A stretch of 39,886 bases of DNA from Candidatus Geohabitans tengchongensis (GTDB lineage: Bacteria; Sysuimicrobiota; Sysuimicrobiia; Sysuimicrobiales; Humicultoraceae), in contig JAVKIH010000022.1 of the NCBI GenBank assembly GCA_031459625.1, positions 1 to 39,886 on the forward strand. The letters run 5' to 3'. Position 1 is the first letter of the stretch; each line of letters begins with the position of its first letter. A program made the translations under genes and the position numbers. The notes beneath the pieces were generated by a model. That model worked only from the letters and a program-made list of their open reading frames with translations, was not told the origin of the DNA and did no database searches. Positions 9,133-18,034 of this stretch are shown piece after piece.

Positions 9133-10029
9133 CTAGCGGCGCGCCACCAGGCCGCGGCGCCGGCGCCGCGTCACGAAGCGCACCAGCGGCTCGACCAGGG
9201 AACCCGCCGTCGACAGTTCCAGCACGTCCACCCCCGCCCGTCGGAACGTCTCGCGAAGGCGGGCCTGCTGCGCCGCCACCAGCGCCTCGTAGGCGGCGCG
9301 CACCCGCCGGTCGGAGGTGTCCACCCAGAGCTGCTGCCCCGTCTCGGGGTCGCGCACCGGCAGCAGGCCCACGTCGGGCAGGACCTCTTCCGCGGGGTCG
9401 CGCACCCACACGGCGATGAGGTCGTGGCGGCGCGCGAGCTCGGCCAGGGCCCGTTCCCAGCCGGGGGCCGAGAGGAAGTCGCTGACGACGAAGACCAGGT
9501 GCCGCCGCCGCAGGAGGCGCCCGGCCTCCCGCAGCACGCGCCCCAGGTCGGTGAGCCCGCCGTCCCCCTCGGCGGCCCGTCGCAGCACGTGCAGGATGCG
9601 CAGGGCCTGCACCCGCCCGGTGCGCGGCGGGACGACCGGCAGCCGCCCCGGGAAGGCCATGGCGCCCACCTTGTCGCCGTGGCGCGTGATGATGTAGGCG
9701 GCCACGGCGGCAAACTCCACCGCGGTCTCCCGCTTCAGGTGGCGCCGCGTGCCGAAGCGCATCGAGGGCGAGAGGTCCACGAGCAGCCACGCCGTCAGCT
9801 CCCGCTCCTCGCGGTACTGGCGGACGAAGAGGCGGTGCATCCGGGCGGTGACGTTCCAGTCGATGCGCTTGACCTCGTCCCCCGGCTGGTACTCGCGCAC
9901 CTCGGCCAGGTCGAGGCTGGGCCCGTAGAAGAGCCCCGTGTAGTCCCCGAAGAGGAAACCGTCCAGGCGCCGGACGACGGTGAACTCCAGCCGGCGCAGG
10001 ACCCGCTCGGGGGCCTCCAGGACGCTCAC
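9133..10029 (-). CDS. DUF58 domain protein (MoxR partner)
   Basis: Motifs EVREYQPGDEVKRIDWNVTAR, LLVDLSPSMRFG, VFVVSDF. Confidence 0.9.
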   Translation of the reverse strand: MSVLEAPERVLRRLEFTVVRRLDGFLFGDYTGLFYGPSLDLAEVREYQPGDEVKRIDWNVTARMHRLFVRQYREERELTAWLLVDLSPSMRFGTRRHLKRETAVEFAAVAAYIITRHGDKVGAMAFPGRLPVVPPRTGRVQALRILHVLRRAAEGDGGLTDLGRVLREAGRLLRRRHLVFVVSDFLSAPGWERALAELARRHDLIAVWVRDPAEEVLPDVGLLPVRDPETGQQLWVDTSDRRVRAAYEALVAAQQARLRETFRRAGVDVLELSTAGSLVEPLVRFVTRRRRRGLVARR

Positions 10030-10039
10030 GGCCGGGCCC

Positions 10040-11080
10040 TCAGGCGGGCGCGGCGGGCGGCGCCACCTCGCCGGGCCGGGCCTCGTAGGGGTCGCCGATG
10101 TGCACGCGAGGCGGCGCCACGGCGTCGAGGACGCGCTCCACCAGCCGGTCGGGCCCGACCTCGTCGGCCAGCGCCTCGTAGGAGAGGACGAAGCGGTGCC
10201 GCAGCACCTCGGGGGCCAGGTCGCGGACGTCCTCGGGCATGACGTACTCGCGCCCGCGCAGCAGCGCCAGGGCCCTGGCGCCCAGGATGAGGTTCACCGA
10301 GGCCCGCGGGCTGGCCCCGTAAGCGATGTAGCGCTCCAGGTCGCCCAGCCCGTACTCCTGCGGGCGCCGGGTGGCGTTGGCCAGGGTCACCGCGTACTCC
10401 ATCACCTTGGGGTCGACGTAGATGCGGTCGCAGACCTGCTGCATCTGGAGCAGGTCTGCGGCGCGGACCACCGGGCTGATCTCCGGCAGGCTGGCCGTAA
10501 CCCGCTCCACCACCCCCATCTCCTCGTGGAAGGACGGGTAGCTGATGACGACCTTGAACATGAAGCGGTCCACCTGCGCCTCGGGAAGCGGGTAGGTCCC
10601 CTCGCTCTCGATGGGGTTCTGGGTGGCCATGACCAGGAAGGGGTCGGGCAGGCGGAAGGTCTGCTTGCCGATGGTCACCTGCCGCTCCTGCATCGCCTCG
10701 AGCAGGGCCGACTGCACCTTGGCCGGGGCCCGGTTGATCTCGTCGGCCAGGACGAAGTTGGCGAAGACCGGGCCCAGCTCCACCTCGAAGGAGCCGGTGT
10801 GCTGGTTGTAGATCCGGGTCCCGATGAGGTCGGCGGGGACCAGGTCCGGGGTGAACTGGATCCGCTTGAACTGGCAATCGATGGCCGCCGCCGTCGTCTT
10901 GATGGCCAGCGTCTTGGCCAGCCCCGGGACCCCCTCGATGAGCACGTGCCCGCGCGCCAGCAGGGCGACGAGGATGCGCTCCAGCATGAGGTCCTGACCG
11001 ACGATGACCCGCTTGATCTCGTAGAGCACCCGGCGCATCGTCGCCGAGGCCTGCTGCACCGTGCTGAGGGAGACGTCCAC
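10040..11080 (-). CDS. moxR: MoxR family AAA+ ATPase
   Basis: Motifs GHVLIEGVPGLAKT, RIQFTPDLVPAD, LADEINRAPAKVQSALLEAM, ATQNPIESEGTYPLPEAQVDRF. Confidence 0.95.
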   Translation of the reverse strand: MDVSLSTVQQASATMRRVLYEIKRVIVGQDLMLERILVALLARGHVLIEGVPGLAKTLAIKTTAAAIDCQFKRIQFTPDLVPADLIGTRIYNQHTGSFEVELGPVFANFVLADEINRAPAKVQSALLEAMQERQVTIGKQTFRLPDPFLVMATQNPIESEGTYPLPEAQVDRFMFKVVISYPSFHEEMGVVERVTASLPEISPVVRAADLLQMQQVCDRIYVDPKVMEYAVTLANATRRPQEYGLGDLERYIAYGASPRASVNLILGARALALLRGREYVMPEDVRDLAPEVLRHRFVLSYEALADEVGPDRLVERVLDAVAPPRVHIGDPYEARPGEVAPPAAPA

Positions 11081-11107
11081 GGGAAGCCCTCCTGGAAGTT
11101 TGCCTAC

Positions 11108-11136
11108 ATCTAATCACTACCCCGAACGAGGGTCAA
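11108..11136 (-). promoter_or_regulatory. Putative sigma70 promoter of the moxR operon
   Basis: TTGACC (11136-11131), 17-nt spacer with TG extension, TTAGAT (11113-11108). Locally AT-rich. Confidence 0.45.
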
Positions 11137-11198
11137 CGACGCCCCTTGGACGGGGCGGCGCGGGTGGGAGTTCCGCGGCCCGATCCGGGAACCACCCG

Positions 11199-11246
11199 GG
11201 GTCGGCCCGGCCTCAGGAGGCCGTGCAGGGTCGGCCCGGCCTCAGG
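11199..11246. repeat. 19-bp direct repeat GGGTCGGCCCGGCCTCAGG x2
   Basis: Exact copies at 11199-11217 and 11228-11246, at the fimT-like stop codon. Confidence 0.8.
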
Positions 11247-11688
11247 GGGTCGCGTAGGTGATGCCGCCGCGCAGGGTGACGGTGACCGTGCCGGTGCCGG
11301 TGCTGTTCTGGACGGTGAGGGTGTAGGCCGAGGCCGGCTGCCCAAACGGCTGGAAGACCACGGTGGTCGAGGCGGTGGGGGTCACCCCGTCGGGCAGGGT
11401 GGCGTTCTCGACGAAGGCGCCATCCGCCGAGGTGATCTGGTACGCCCGCGACCCCGCCGTGAGCGTGACGGTGTACTGCCGGCGTTCCATCTTCGCGCGC
11501 TCCTGGGCCTGCCGCAGGTCGGTGGCCAGCTGAGCCGTCCCGTAGCGCAGCCGCTGCTGGGCCCGGTAGCCGTTCCAGTGGGTCAGCGACAGGCCCAGCA
11601 GCACCGCCACGATGACGGTGGTGGCCACGAGCTCCAGAACCCCGAGCCCCGCCTCGTCCCACGTCTGCCGCCCGCGCGCCCTGGCCAT
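11242..11688 (-). CDS. FimT/FimU/GspH-like minor type IV pilin
   Basis: Class III signal DEAG|LGVLE followed by a hydrophobic helix. QLATDLRQAQERA helix and VVFQPFGQP are typical of FimT/GspH. Confidence 0.75.
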   Translation of the reverse strand: MARARGRQTWDEAGLGVLELVATTVIVAVLLGLSLTHWNGYRAQQRLRYGTAQLATDLRQAQERAKMERRQYTVTLTAGSRAYQITSADGAFVENATLPDGVTPTASTTVVFQPFGQPASAYTLTVQNSTGTGTVTVTLRGGITYATP

Positions 11689-11689
11689 C

Positions 11690-13780
11690 TCAGGGCTGGG
11701 CCTCGCGCCACACCGGCCGCACGCCCGCCAGCGGCTGGCCGCCGGGGAGGACCTCGAAGAGACTGGTCGTGGGGAAGTAGGGCGGCGCCAGGCCGCGGCT
11801 CATGCGCCGGTCGTACCGGAAGTCGCGGGCATAGCCGCTGACCTGCAGGCCGGTGCGAGGGTTGAAGGTACCGAAGGGCCCGTAGTACTCGGTGATGAAG
11901 CCGCCCAGGATGTGCGCCGTGCCGCGCGGCGTCCCCAGGTTGTAGTCCTCTACGAAGACCGAGCTGTTCCAGGCGTCGCCGGGGGTGCCGGCCATCATCA
12001 CCCCGTGCAGCTCGATGTCCGGCGGGGCCGTCACCCGCACCTGGATGTCGCTGTTGGCGGTGTACAGCCCCAGGACGTTGAGGGGGTTGTCGGCGGGGTC
12101 GGTGGGGTTGGGCGGGTCCTCGTAGCGCAGGTGGTCGGTGATGTCGATGCGGCCGGCGGCCACGATGGTGGTCTGCTCCTTCTCCTCGAGCGTCCCACCG
12201 AGTCCGAGGATGTTCCCCTCCACGTAGATGATGGTCGCGTTGTTGTAGGCGCTGCCGCCTGCCTGCCACCCCCTGGGCACGCCGCTGAAGGTGCGGGTCT
12301 GGGGCGCGGGCCAGCTGGTGTTCGTCACTGTGGTGACGTTGGCGTCCCGGTCCACGGTCACCGTGACGGTCTGGCCGGGCGCCTGGAGGGTGTAGACGGC
12401 CAGGTTGTTCGACGGTCCCCCGATCCCCAGCGTCAGGCTGGTCAGGTCGCCCTGCACGTAGATCCCCCCGGCCAGCGACTCCCCGGGGTCGGAGACGCCG
12501 TCGCCGTCGGCGTCCGTCACGGGGACGTAGACCCCGGGCGGGATCGGCAGCGTGTTGTCCGCCAACTCGGGGACGGCGGCGCGGATCTGGGCGTTTGTCA
12601 CCGGCGAGGTGTCGGTGGGGGCGCGGCCGATGGAGACCCCCTTCTGGCTGTAGGGGTTGGGAGGCATGGGGATGGCGGCGACCCCGCGGGTGAAGTTGGC
12701 GGCCGGGTTGTCGTTGTCGTCGGCGATGTTCCCCGGGGTGCAGTCGGGCAGGACCGGCGCGTCGCGGCGGTTGCCGCCCACGACGTTCTCGTTGGCCTGG
12801 AGCCGGCGCGGGCTCCCGTTGTTGTTGAACCAGGCGTAGGTGCTCACGCTCGTGAGCGTGGTCGAGGTGATGCGCGCCGGGTCACACGGGCTGCCGCTGT
12901 CGGGCGTTCCGAACTTGGGGAAGAAGGCGAACCGGAACTCACCGTTGGTGTGCACCGGGCCGTCGAAGCTCGTCTGGCTGGTGAACCAGATGTCCTGGCC
13001 CGCCGGGGTGGTGTGGATGTGGGTGAAGAGGGCGTAGCGGGCGAAGTTCTGCCGTCGGATGCGCATGCTGAAGTCCCCGGCCAGCGTCACCCGCCGCCGC
13101 GCCCGCGGCGGCACCATCCCGTCGCTGGTGATGGCGTAGGAGTAGATGAACTCGAACTCGTCGGCGGCCAGGCGGTGGACGTAGCAGCTCCCGCCGCCGC
13201 TGCAGGAGGGGTGCGGGGCCAGCCGGCGCGTCAGGGTGACGGTAGCGGTGTAGCTGCCGTTCCCCAGCGGGTTGGCCGGGGCCGGCACCCCCACCTGGAG
13301 CTTCCGATAGGTCTGGGGCACCCCCCAGTTCACCACGAAGGTCACGCTGTTCGTGCTGGGGGTGGCGTTCAGCGTGTAGCGCTGGCCGTCCAGCACCAGG
13401 TAGTCGAGGATGCGGAAACTGTTCTGGGCGGCGGGGTCCCCGGCAGCGTACCAGCTGTTGAGCAGAGGGACATCCACCGAGGGGTGGACCTGGACGACTC
13501 CCAGCGGGTCGGCGCCGGTGAGGACCATCAGCGCCGCCCGGGCGGCGAACCCGCCCCCCTCGGCCAGCGCCAGGGCCTGGGCACCCAGCGTGCGCGCCGC
13601 ACTCAAGCCGACCTCTTTGCCGCTCAGGTAGAGGACCAGGGCGCTCAGCAGGGCGATGACCAGGATGACGGCCAGCACGGAGAGCATGGCCAGGCCGCGC
13701 TGGTCCCCGACCAGGGCGCGCCGGGCGCCGGCCGAACCGAGGCCGCAGCGGCGGGGCCCTGCGGGGCGGGCAGGGCGCAT
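11690..13780 (-). CDS. Large PilX/GspK-type tip pilin (696 aa; ComZ/DUF4900-like), cassette B
   Basis: DQRG|LAMLS pilin N-terminus lacking Glu5, as in PilX/GspK. ALALAEGG motif, FDGPVHTNG, beta-rich body, C-terminal GY.RDFRYDRR..PPYFP. Confidence 0.75.
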   Translation of the reverse strand: MRPARPAGPRRCGLGSAGARRALVGDQRGLAMLSVLAVILVIALLSALVLYLSGKEVGLSAARTLGAQALALAEGGGFAARAALMVLTGADPLGVVQVHPSVDVPLLNSWYAAGDPAAQNSFRILDYLVLDGQRYTLNATPSTNSVTFVVNWGVPQTYRKLQVGVPAPANPLGNGSYTATVTLTRRLAPHPSCSGGGSCYVHRLAADEFEFIYSYAITSDGMVPPRARRRVTLAGDFSMRIRRQNFARYALFTHIHTTPAGQDIWFTSQTSFDGPVHTNGEFRFAFFPKFGTPDSGSPCDPARITSTTLTSVSTYAWFNNNGSPRRLQANENVVGGNRRDAPVLPDCTPGNIADDNDNPAANFTRGVAAIPMPPNPYSQKGVSIGRAPTDTSPVTNAQIRAAVPELADNTLPIPPGVYVPVTDADGDGVSDPGESLAGGIYVQGDLTSLTLGIGGPSNNLAVYTLQAPGQTVTVTVDRDANVTTVTNTSWPAPQTRTFSGVPRGWQAGGSAYNNATIIYVEGNILGLGGTLEEKEQTTIVAAGRIDITDHLRYEDPPNPTDPADNPLNVLGLYTANSDIQVRVTAPPDIELHGVMMAGTPGDAWNSSVFVEDYNLGTPRGTAHILGGFITEYYGPFGTFNPRTGLQVSGYARDFRYDRRMSRGLAPPYFPTTSLFEVLPGGQPLAGVRPVWREAQP

Positions 13781-14397
13781 CAGCGCGCCCTCAGGGCGGC
13801 ATCGCCGGCGAAGGTGCGCATCACCCCGTTGCGCGTCGTGCTGATGGTGATGCGCACGCGGCTGATGGCCGTCACGTCGGGCGGCGTCGAGCCCAGCGCG
13901 TCGCCGGCGGCGTTGAAGTACTCGAAGGTGACCCCGGCGCTGCCGTCCTCGCGCACGACCCCGTAGGCCAGGACCTCCGGGGCCCCGGGCACCGCCGGGC
14001 CCGAGGCGTCCGGGTCCTCCTGGCGGGTGAGCGTCCGGGCGGTGGCGTCGTAGGCGAAGGTCACCGTGTAGGGGCTGGAGGCGGAGAAGGGCGTGTTCTG
14101 GGGGACGAAGAGCGTCACCGCCGTCCCCGAGGCCGCAGTGACGGCCTGGGCCCAGCGGATCTCGTCGATCACGGAATCGAGCCCGCTGCGCACCTGCGAC
14201 TGGACCTGCAGGAAGTCATTGGTGGTGCGGGCCGACCGGTGCCCGGAGGTCACGAACCCGTAGATGCCGGCCAGGGCGATCCCCAGGATCGCCATGGCGG
14301 CCACTGTCTCGAGCAGGGTGAACCCCCGCTCACTCCGGGGCCATCCCCCGGGCGTGGCGGGGTTCCCGGTCGTCGAGGGCCCGGTGCCGGACATCAT
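13780..14397 (-). CDS. PilW-like minor type IV pilin, cassette B
   Basis: SERG|FTLLETVAAMAILGIAL N-methylation motif. LDSVIDEIRWA helix. C-terminal ISRVRITI..ALR. Confidence 0.85.
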   Translation of the reverse strand: MMSGTGPSTTGNPATPGGWPRSERGFTLLETVAAMAILGIALAGIYGFVTSGHRSARTTNDFLQVQSQVRSGLDSVIDEIRWAQAVTAASGTAVTLFVPQNTPFSASSPYTVTFAYDATARTLTRQEDPDASGPAVPGAPEVLAYGVVREDGSAGVTFEYFNAAGDALGSTPPDVTAISRVRITISTTRNGVMRTFAGDAALRAR

Positions 14398-14412
14398 GAG
14401 CCTTCCCCCCTC

Positions 14413-14868
14413 CTACTGGTCGTCGAGCACCGTCGTCAGGGTGACGAAGGGCGTGACGTCGGTCGGCCGGTAGACCTCCACCGTGGCGGTGATGAGCCGG
14501 AAGTTCGGGTTCTGGTTCACCACCACCGCGGCCTCGAAGGTGTGCGGCGTCGGGTTGACCACGCCCACGTACGGCGCCGGGAGCGGCAGCGGGGTCCGGG
14601 GGAGCGGGGCCATGTTCACCATCTCGTAGGGGTTCGCGCTGGCCCGAATCTGCTCCATGATCTGCATGGCCAGGGTCGTCGCCGCCACCCGCTCGTTGGA
14701 GCGACCGGCGTGGGCCAGGCCGGCCATGAAGGCCTGGAGGATGAAGATCGCCGCGGCCGCGAGGAGCGAGAGCGAGACCACGACTTCGACGAAGGTGAAT
14801 CCCCGCTGGTCACTCCGGCCGCGCGCGGCCGTGGCGGCCACCTCCCATGACGCCGTCTGGTCAACCAT
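14413..14868 (-). CDS. PilV-like minor type IV pilin, cassette B
   Basis: DQRG|FTFVEVVVSLSLL motif and ATTLAMQIMEQIRA helix. Confidence 0.85.
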   Translation of the reverse strand: MVDQTASWEVAATAARGRSDQRGFTFVEVVVSLSLLAAAAIFILQAFMAGLAHAGRSNERVAATTLAMQIMEQIRASANPYEMVNMAPLPRTPLPLPAPYVGVVNPTPHTFEAAVVVNQNPNFRLITATVEVYRPTDVTPFVTLTTVLDDQ

Positions 14869-14994
14869 CGGGGCATACCCGCCTCCGGTCGTCCTTAGAC
14901 CTGGGCCTGAAGGGCAGGGCGTGGGCGGACAAGGTCCCGGGCGACCGCCGGGAGGTTGCCGGGCAGACCTGGAGAGGTTCGGGCCGAGCGGGGG

Positions 14995-15327
14995 TCAGGC
15001 GGCCGGGCGGGCCCGGGCCGGCGAGAAGCGCCACCGCCCGAGGACCCCGGCCAGGAGCATGATTCCGGCCATGACCAGGAGGCCGGGCTCCAGGCGCCCG
15101 CGATAGAGCGGCAGAGCCAGGAGGACCCCCAGCGCGAGGATGAGGCCGACCCGCCAGGCCAGGCGGGTGAGCTCGGCGGCGACGACGGCGGTCAGCTCCG
15201 CCTCCGTCTCCCGCCGGGGGCCCGGGGCGGTCTCCCGCCGCACGAGCAGCCGGCGCCGGCAGTTCCGGCAGACGAGCGCGCCCGGGGGGTTCTCGTAGCC
15301 ACAGGCCTCGCAGGTGAGGACGGCCAT
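14995..15327 (-). CDS. Zinc-ribbon membrane protein (110 aa)
   Basis: N-terminal CEACG..NP.....CRNC zinc ribbon and two C-terminal TM helices. Confidence 0.75.
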   Translation of the reverse strand: MAVLTCEACGYENPPGALVCRNCRRRLLVRRETAPGPRRETEAELTAVVAAELTRLAWRVGLILALGVLLALPLYRGRLEPGLLVMAGIMLLAGVLGRWRFSPARARPAA

Positions 15328-15335
15328 CGGGGACG

Positions 15336-15364
15336 ACTCTACCCACCGCGCCCGCGGGCGTCAA
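15336..15364 (-). promoter_or_regulatory. sigma70-type promoter between the two pilin cassettes, probably giving a (near-)leaderless transcript
   Basis: TTGACG (15364-15359), 17-nt spacer, TAGAGT (15341-15336), then only 8 nt to the ATG at 15327 with no SD. Confidence 0.7.
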
Positions 15365-15384
15365 CGGCCGATCCCAGGGCGAGC

Positions 15385-17370
15385 TCAGGGGGCGGCCTCG
15401 CGCCAGGCCGGCCGCACGTTGGCCAGCCGCTCGCTCCCCTCCCCGATCTCGAAGCGGCCGGTCGTGGGAAAGTAGGGCGGCGCGAACCCGCGCAGCATCC
15501 GGCGGTCGAAGCGGAAGTCCCGCCCGTAGCCGGTCACGGGGTTGCCGGTCACGGGGTCGAAGGTGCCGAACGCCCCGTAGTACTCCTCGATGATCCCCCC
15601 TAGCAGGCGCACGGTGCCGCGCGGCGACCCGGCGTTGTAGTTCTGGACGTGGACCGAGCTGTTGTACCCATCGGCCGGGTTGCCGGCCATGAAGACCCCG
15701 TGCAGCACCAGGTCGTCCGGGGCGGCCGTCGTGATGCGGATGTCACTGCCCGCCGAGTAGAGCCCAAGGACGTTCAGCGGGTTGTCGGCCGGATTGGCCG
15801 GATCGGGGGGGTCTTCGTAGCGCAGGTGGTCGGTGATGTCGATGCGCCCGGCTGCCACGATGGTCGTCTGCTCGTGCTCCTCCAGCGTGCCCGCCAGCGA
15901 CTGGATGTTCCCTTCCACGTAGATGATGGTCCCGTGGGTGTTCCCGGGACCGCCCTGCCACCCGCGCGGGACCCCGGCGAAGGTGCGGGTCTGAGGCGAC
16001 GGCCAGGCGGAGTTCGTCACGGTGGTCGTCTGCGCGGCGCGGTCCACCGTGACGGTGACGGTCTGCCCGCCGGCCGTGAAGGTGTAGACGGCCAGGTCGT
16101 TCCCGGCCCCGCCGGGAGCCAGCGTGAGACTGGTGAGATCCCCCTGGACGTAGATGCCGCCGGCCAGGGGCTCCCCGGGGTCGGAGCGCCCGTTCCCGTT
16201 CTGGTCCACCACCGGGACGTAGATCCCGTTCGGCACGGCAGCCGAGGTGTCGGCCAGCTCGGGGACGGCCTGGCGGACCTGCAGGTTCGTCACCGGCGAG
16301 GTGTCGGCGGGGTCGCGCCCCACCGCCACCCCCTTCTGGCTGTAGGGGTTTGTGGGCATGGGGATGACCGCCACGCCGCGGGTGAAGTTGGCCGGGGGGT
16401 TGTCCCCATCGTCCGTGACGTCCCCAGGGGTATTGTCGAAGGTCACCGGGGCGTCGCGGCGCACCCCGCCCACCACGTGCTCGTTGGCCTGCTGGCGGAC
16501 AGGGCTCCCGCGGTTGTTGAACCAGGCGTAGGTGGAGACGCTGGTGAGCCGGTCGCTGAACTTGGGGAAGAAGGCGAAGCGGTACTCGCCGTTGGTGTGC
16601 ACCGGGCCGTCGAAGCTCGTCCGGCTGGTGAACCAGATGGGCGACCCGCCCGGCGTGGTGTGGACGTGCGTGAAGAGGGCGAACTGGGCGAAGGTCTGCC
16701 GGCGCACCACCACGCTGAAGTCCTGGACGAGGACGACGCGGCGGCGCGCCCGCGGCGGGACCACGCCGTCGCTCGTCACCGTGTAGGTGTAGAGGTACTC
16801 GTACTCGTCCGGTCCCAGCCAGTGGATGTAGCAGGCCGAGTCGGGCGCGCAGCTGGAGTGGGGTGCGGCGCGCCGGGTCAGGGTCAGCGTGGCGGTGTAG
16901 CGCCCGTCGGCCAGCGGGTTGGCCGGCGGGGAGCCCGCCACCTCGAGCTTGCGGTGGGGACCGGGTAGCGCCCAGTTCACCTGGAAGGTCACGCTGTCCG
17001 TGGCGCTGGTCGCCCCCAGGGTGTAGCGGGCGCCGTCCAGGACCAGGTAGTCGAGGAGGGCGAAGCTGTTCTGCCGCGCACGGTCGCCCCCCGCGTACCA
17101 GGTGCTGAGCAGCGTCCCGGTGAGGGTGGGGTCGACGGTGACCCGCCCGCTGGGGCTGATCCCCATCAGCACCATCAGCGCGGCGCGGGCGGCAAACGCC
17201 CCGCCCTCGGCCACGTGCAGGCTCTGCAGGCCGTACAGGCGCACCGCGCTCAACGCCACCTCCTTCCCCACCAGGTGGAGGACCAGTCCGCCCACCAGGG
17301 TGAGGACGAGCACGGTGACGAGGACCCCCATGAGGGCCATGCCGTGCTCCGGCTCCACACTGCCTCGCAT
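15385..17370 (-). CDS. Large PilX/GspK-type tip pilin (661 aa; ComZ/DUF4900-like), cassette A
   Basis: ATG 17370 after SD GGGAGGGG. EHG|MALMG pilin N-terminus without Glu5. Colinear paralog of 11690..13780. Confidence 0.75.
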   Translation of the reverse strand: MRGSVEPEHGMALMGVLVTVLVLTLVGGLVLHLVGKEVALSAVRLYGLQSLHVAEGGAFAARAALMVLMGISPSGRVTVDPTLTGTLLSTWYAGGDRARQNSFALLDYLVLDGARYTLGATSATDSVTFQVNWALPGPHRKLEVAGSPPANPLADGRYTATLTLTRRAAPHSSCAPDSACYIHWLGPDEYEYLYTYTVTSDGVVPPRARRRVVLVQDFSVVVRRQTFAQFALFTHVHTTPGGSPIWFTSRTSFDGPVHTNGEYRFAFFPKFSDRLTSVSTYAWFNNRGSPVRQQANEHVVGGVRRDAPVTFDNTPGDVTDDGDNPPANFTRGVAVIPMPTNPYSQKGVAVGRDPADTSPVTNLQVRQAVPELADTSAAVPNGIYVPVVDQNGNGRSDPGEPLAGGIYVQGDLTSLTLAPGGAGNDLAVYTFTAGGQTVTVTVDRAAQTTTVTNSAWPSPQTRTFAGVPRGWQGGPGNTHGTIIYVEGNIQSLAGTLEEHEQTTIVAAGRIDITDHLRYEDPPDPANPADNPLNVLGLYSAGSDIRITTAAPDDLVLHGVFMAGNPADGYNSSVHVQNYNAGSPRGTVRLLGGIIEEYYGAFGTFDPVTGNPVTGYGRDFRFDRRMLRGFAPPYFPTTGRFEIGEGSERLANVRPAWREAAP

Positions 17371-17419
17371 GCCCCTCCCCCCTCTCACCGGACCTGGCCC
17401 CCTGGCTCCCGCCCCCCGC

Positions 17420-18034
17420 TCACCGGGCCCGCAGGGCGGCATCACCGGTGAAGCTGCGGCTCACCCCCCGCCAGGTGGCCGTGAGGATGACGCGCACGCG
17501 TGCCACCGTGGCGGGATCGGCCGGCGCGCTCCCCAGACTGGTGCCGGTGTTGTCGAAGTAGACGAAGCGCAGGCCGTCGCTGCCGTCCCGCTGGACGATC
17601 CCCGACGCCACGGCCACCGCCGGCCCCGGGGGGAGCGGCCCGCCGGCATCCGGGTCCTCCTGCCGCGTGACCGCATCCGCAGCGGCGTCGTAAGCGAAGG
17701 TGACAGCGTAGGGACTGCCCGCGCTGAACGGCGTGCTCTGGGGGACGAAGAGCGTGACGCTGGTCGGCCCGGCTGCCACCACCCGCTGTGCCCAGCGGGC
17801 CTCGTCGACGATGGCGTCCAGGGCCGCCCGCACCTGGGATTGGGCCTGTACGAAGCTGTTGGTCGTCCGGGCGGAGCGGGTGCCGCTGACGACGAAGCGG
17901 TAGATCCCCCCGCCCAGGACGAGGGCCAGCAGGCTGAGGGCGACCAGCAGTTCGAGCAGGGTCAGGCCCCGCTCGCCCGACCGCGCGGGACCGGGCCAAC
18001 CGACGCACGCTTGGCCGGGACGGTCAGTTGTCAT
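17420..18034 (-). CDS. PilW-like minor type IV pilin, cassette A
   Basis: GERG|LTLLELLVALSLL motif. Paralog of 13780..14397 (shared SARTTN, TLFVPQ.TPFSA.SPY, RQEDPDA, GDAALRAR). Confidence 0.85.
   Translation of the reverse strand: MTTDRPGQACVGWPGPARSGERGLTLLELLVALSLLALVLGGGIYRFVVSGTRSARTTNSFVQAQSQVRAALDAIVDEARWAQRVVAAGPTSVTLFVPQSTPFSAGSPYAVTFAYDAAADAVTRQEDPDAGGPLPPGPAVAVASGIVQRDGSDGLRFVYFDNTGTSLGSAPADPATVARVRVILTATWRGVSRSFTGDAALRAR

Noticed and set aside
14869..14994. A riboswitch upstream of pilin cassette B
   Set aside because: No GEMM core (CGCAAAGCC, GNRA-capped P2) or other recognisable aptamer on either strand.
11690..17370. Pilin paralogs as a silent-cassette antigenic variation or DGR system
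   Set aside because: Both copies are full-length with their own starts. Differences are spread throughout, include many synonymous changes and are not adenine-specific. No recombinase or reverse transcriptase is present.
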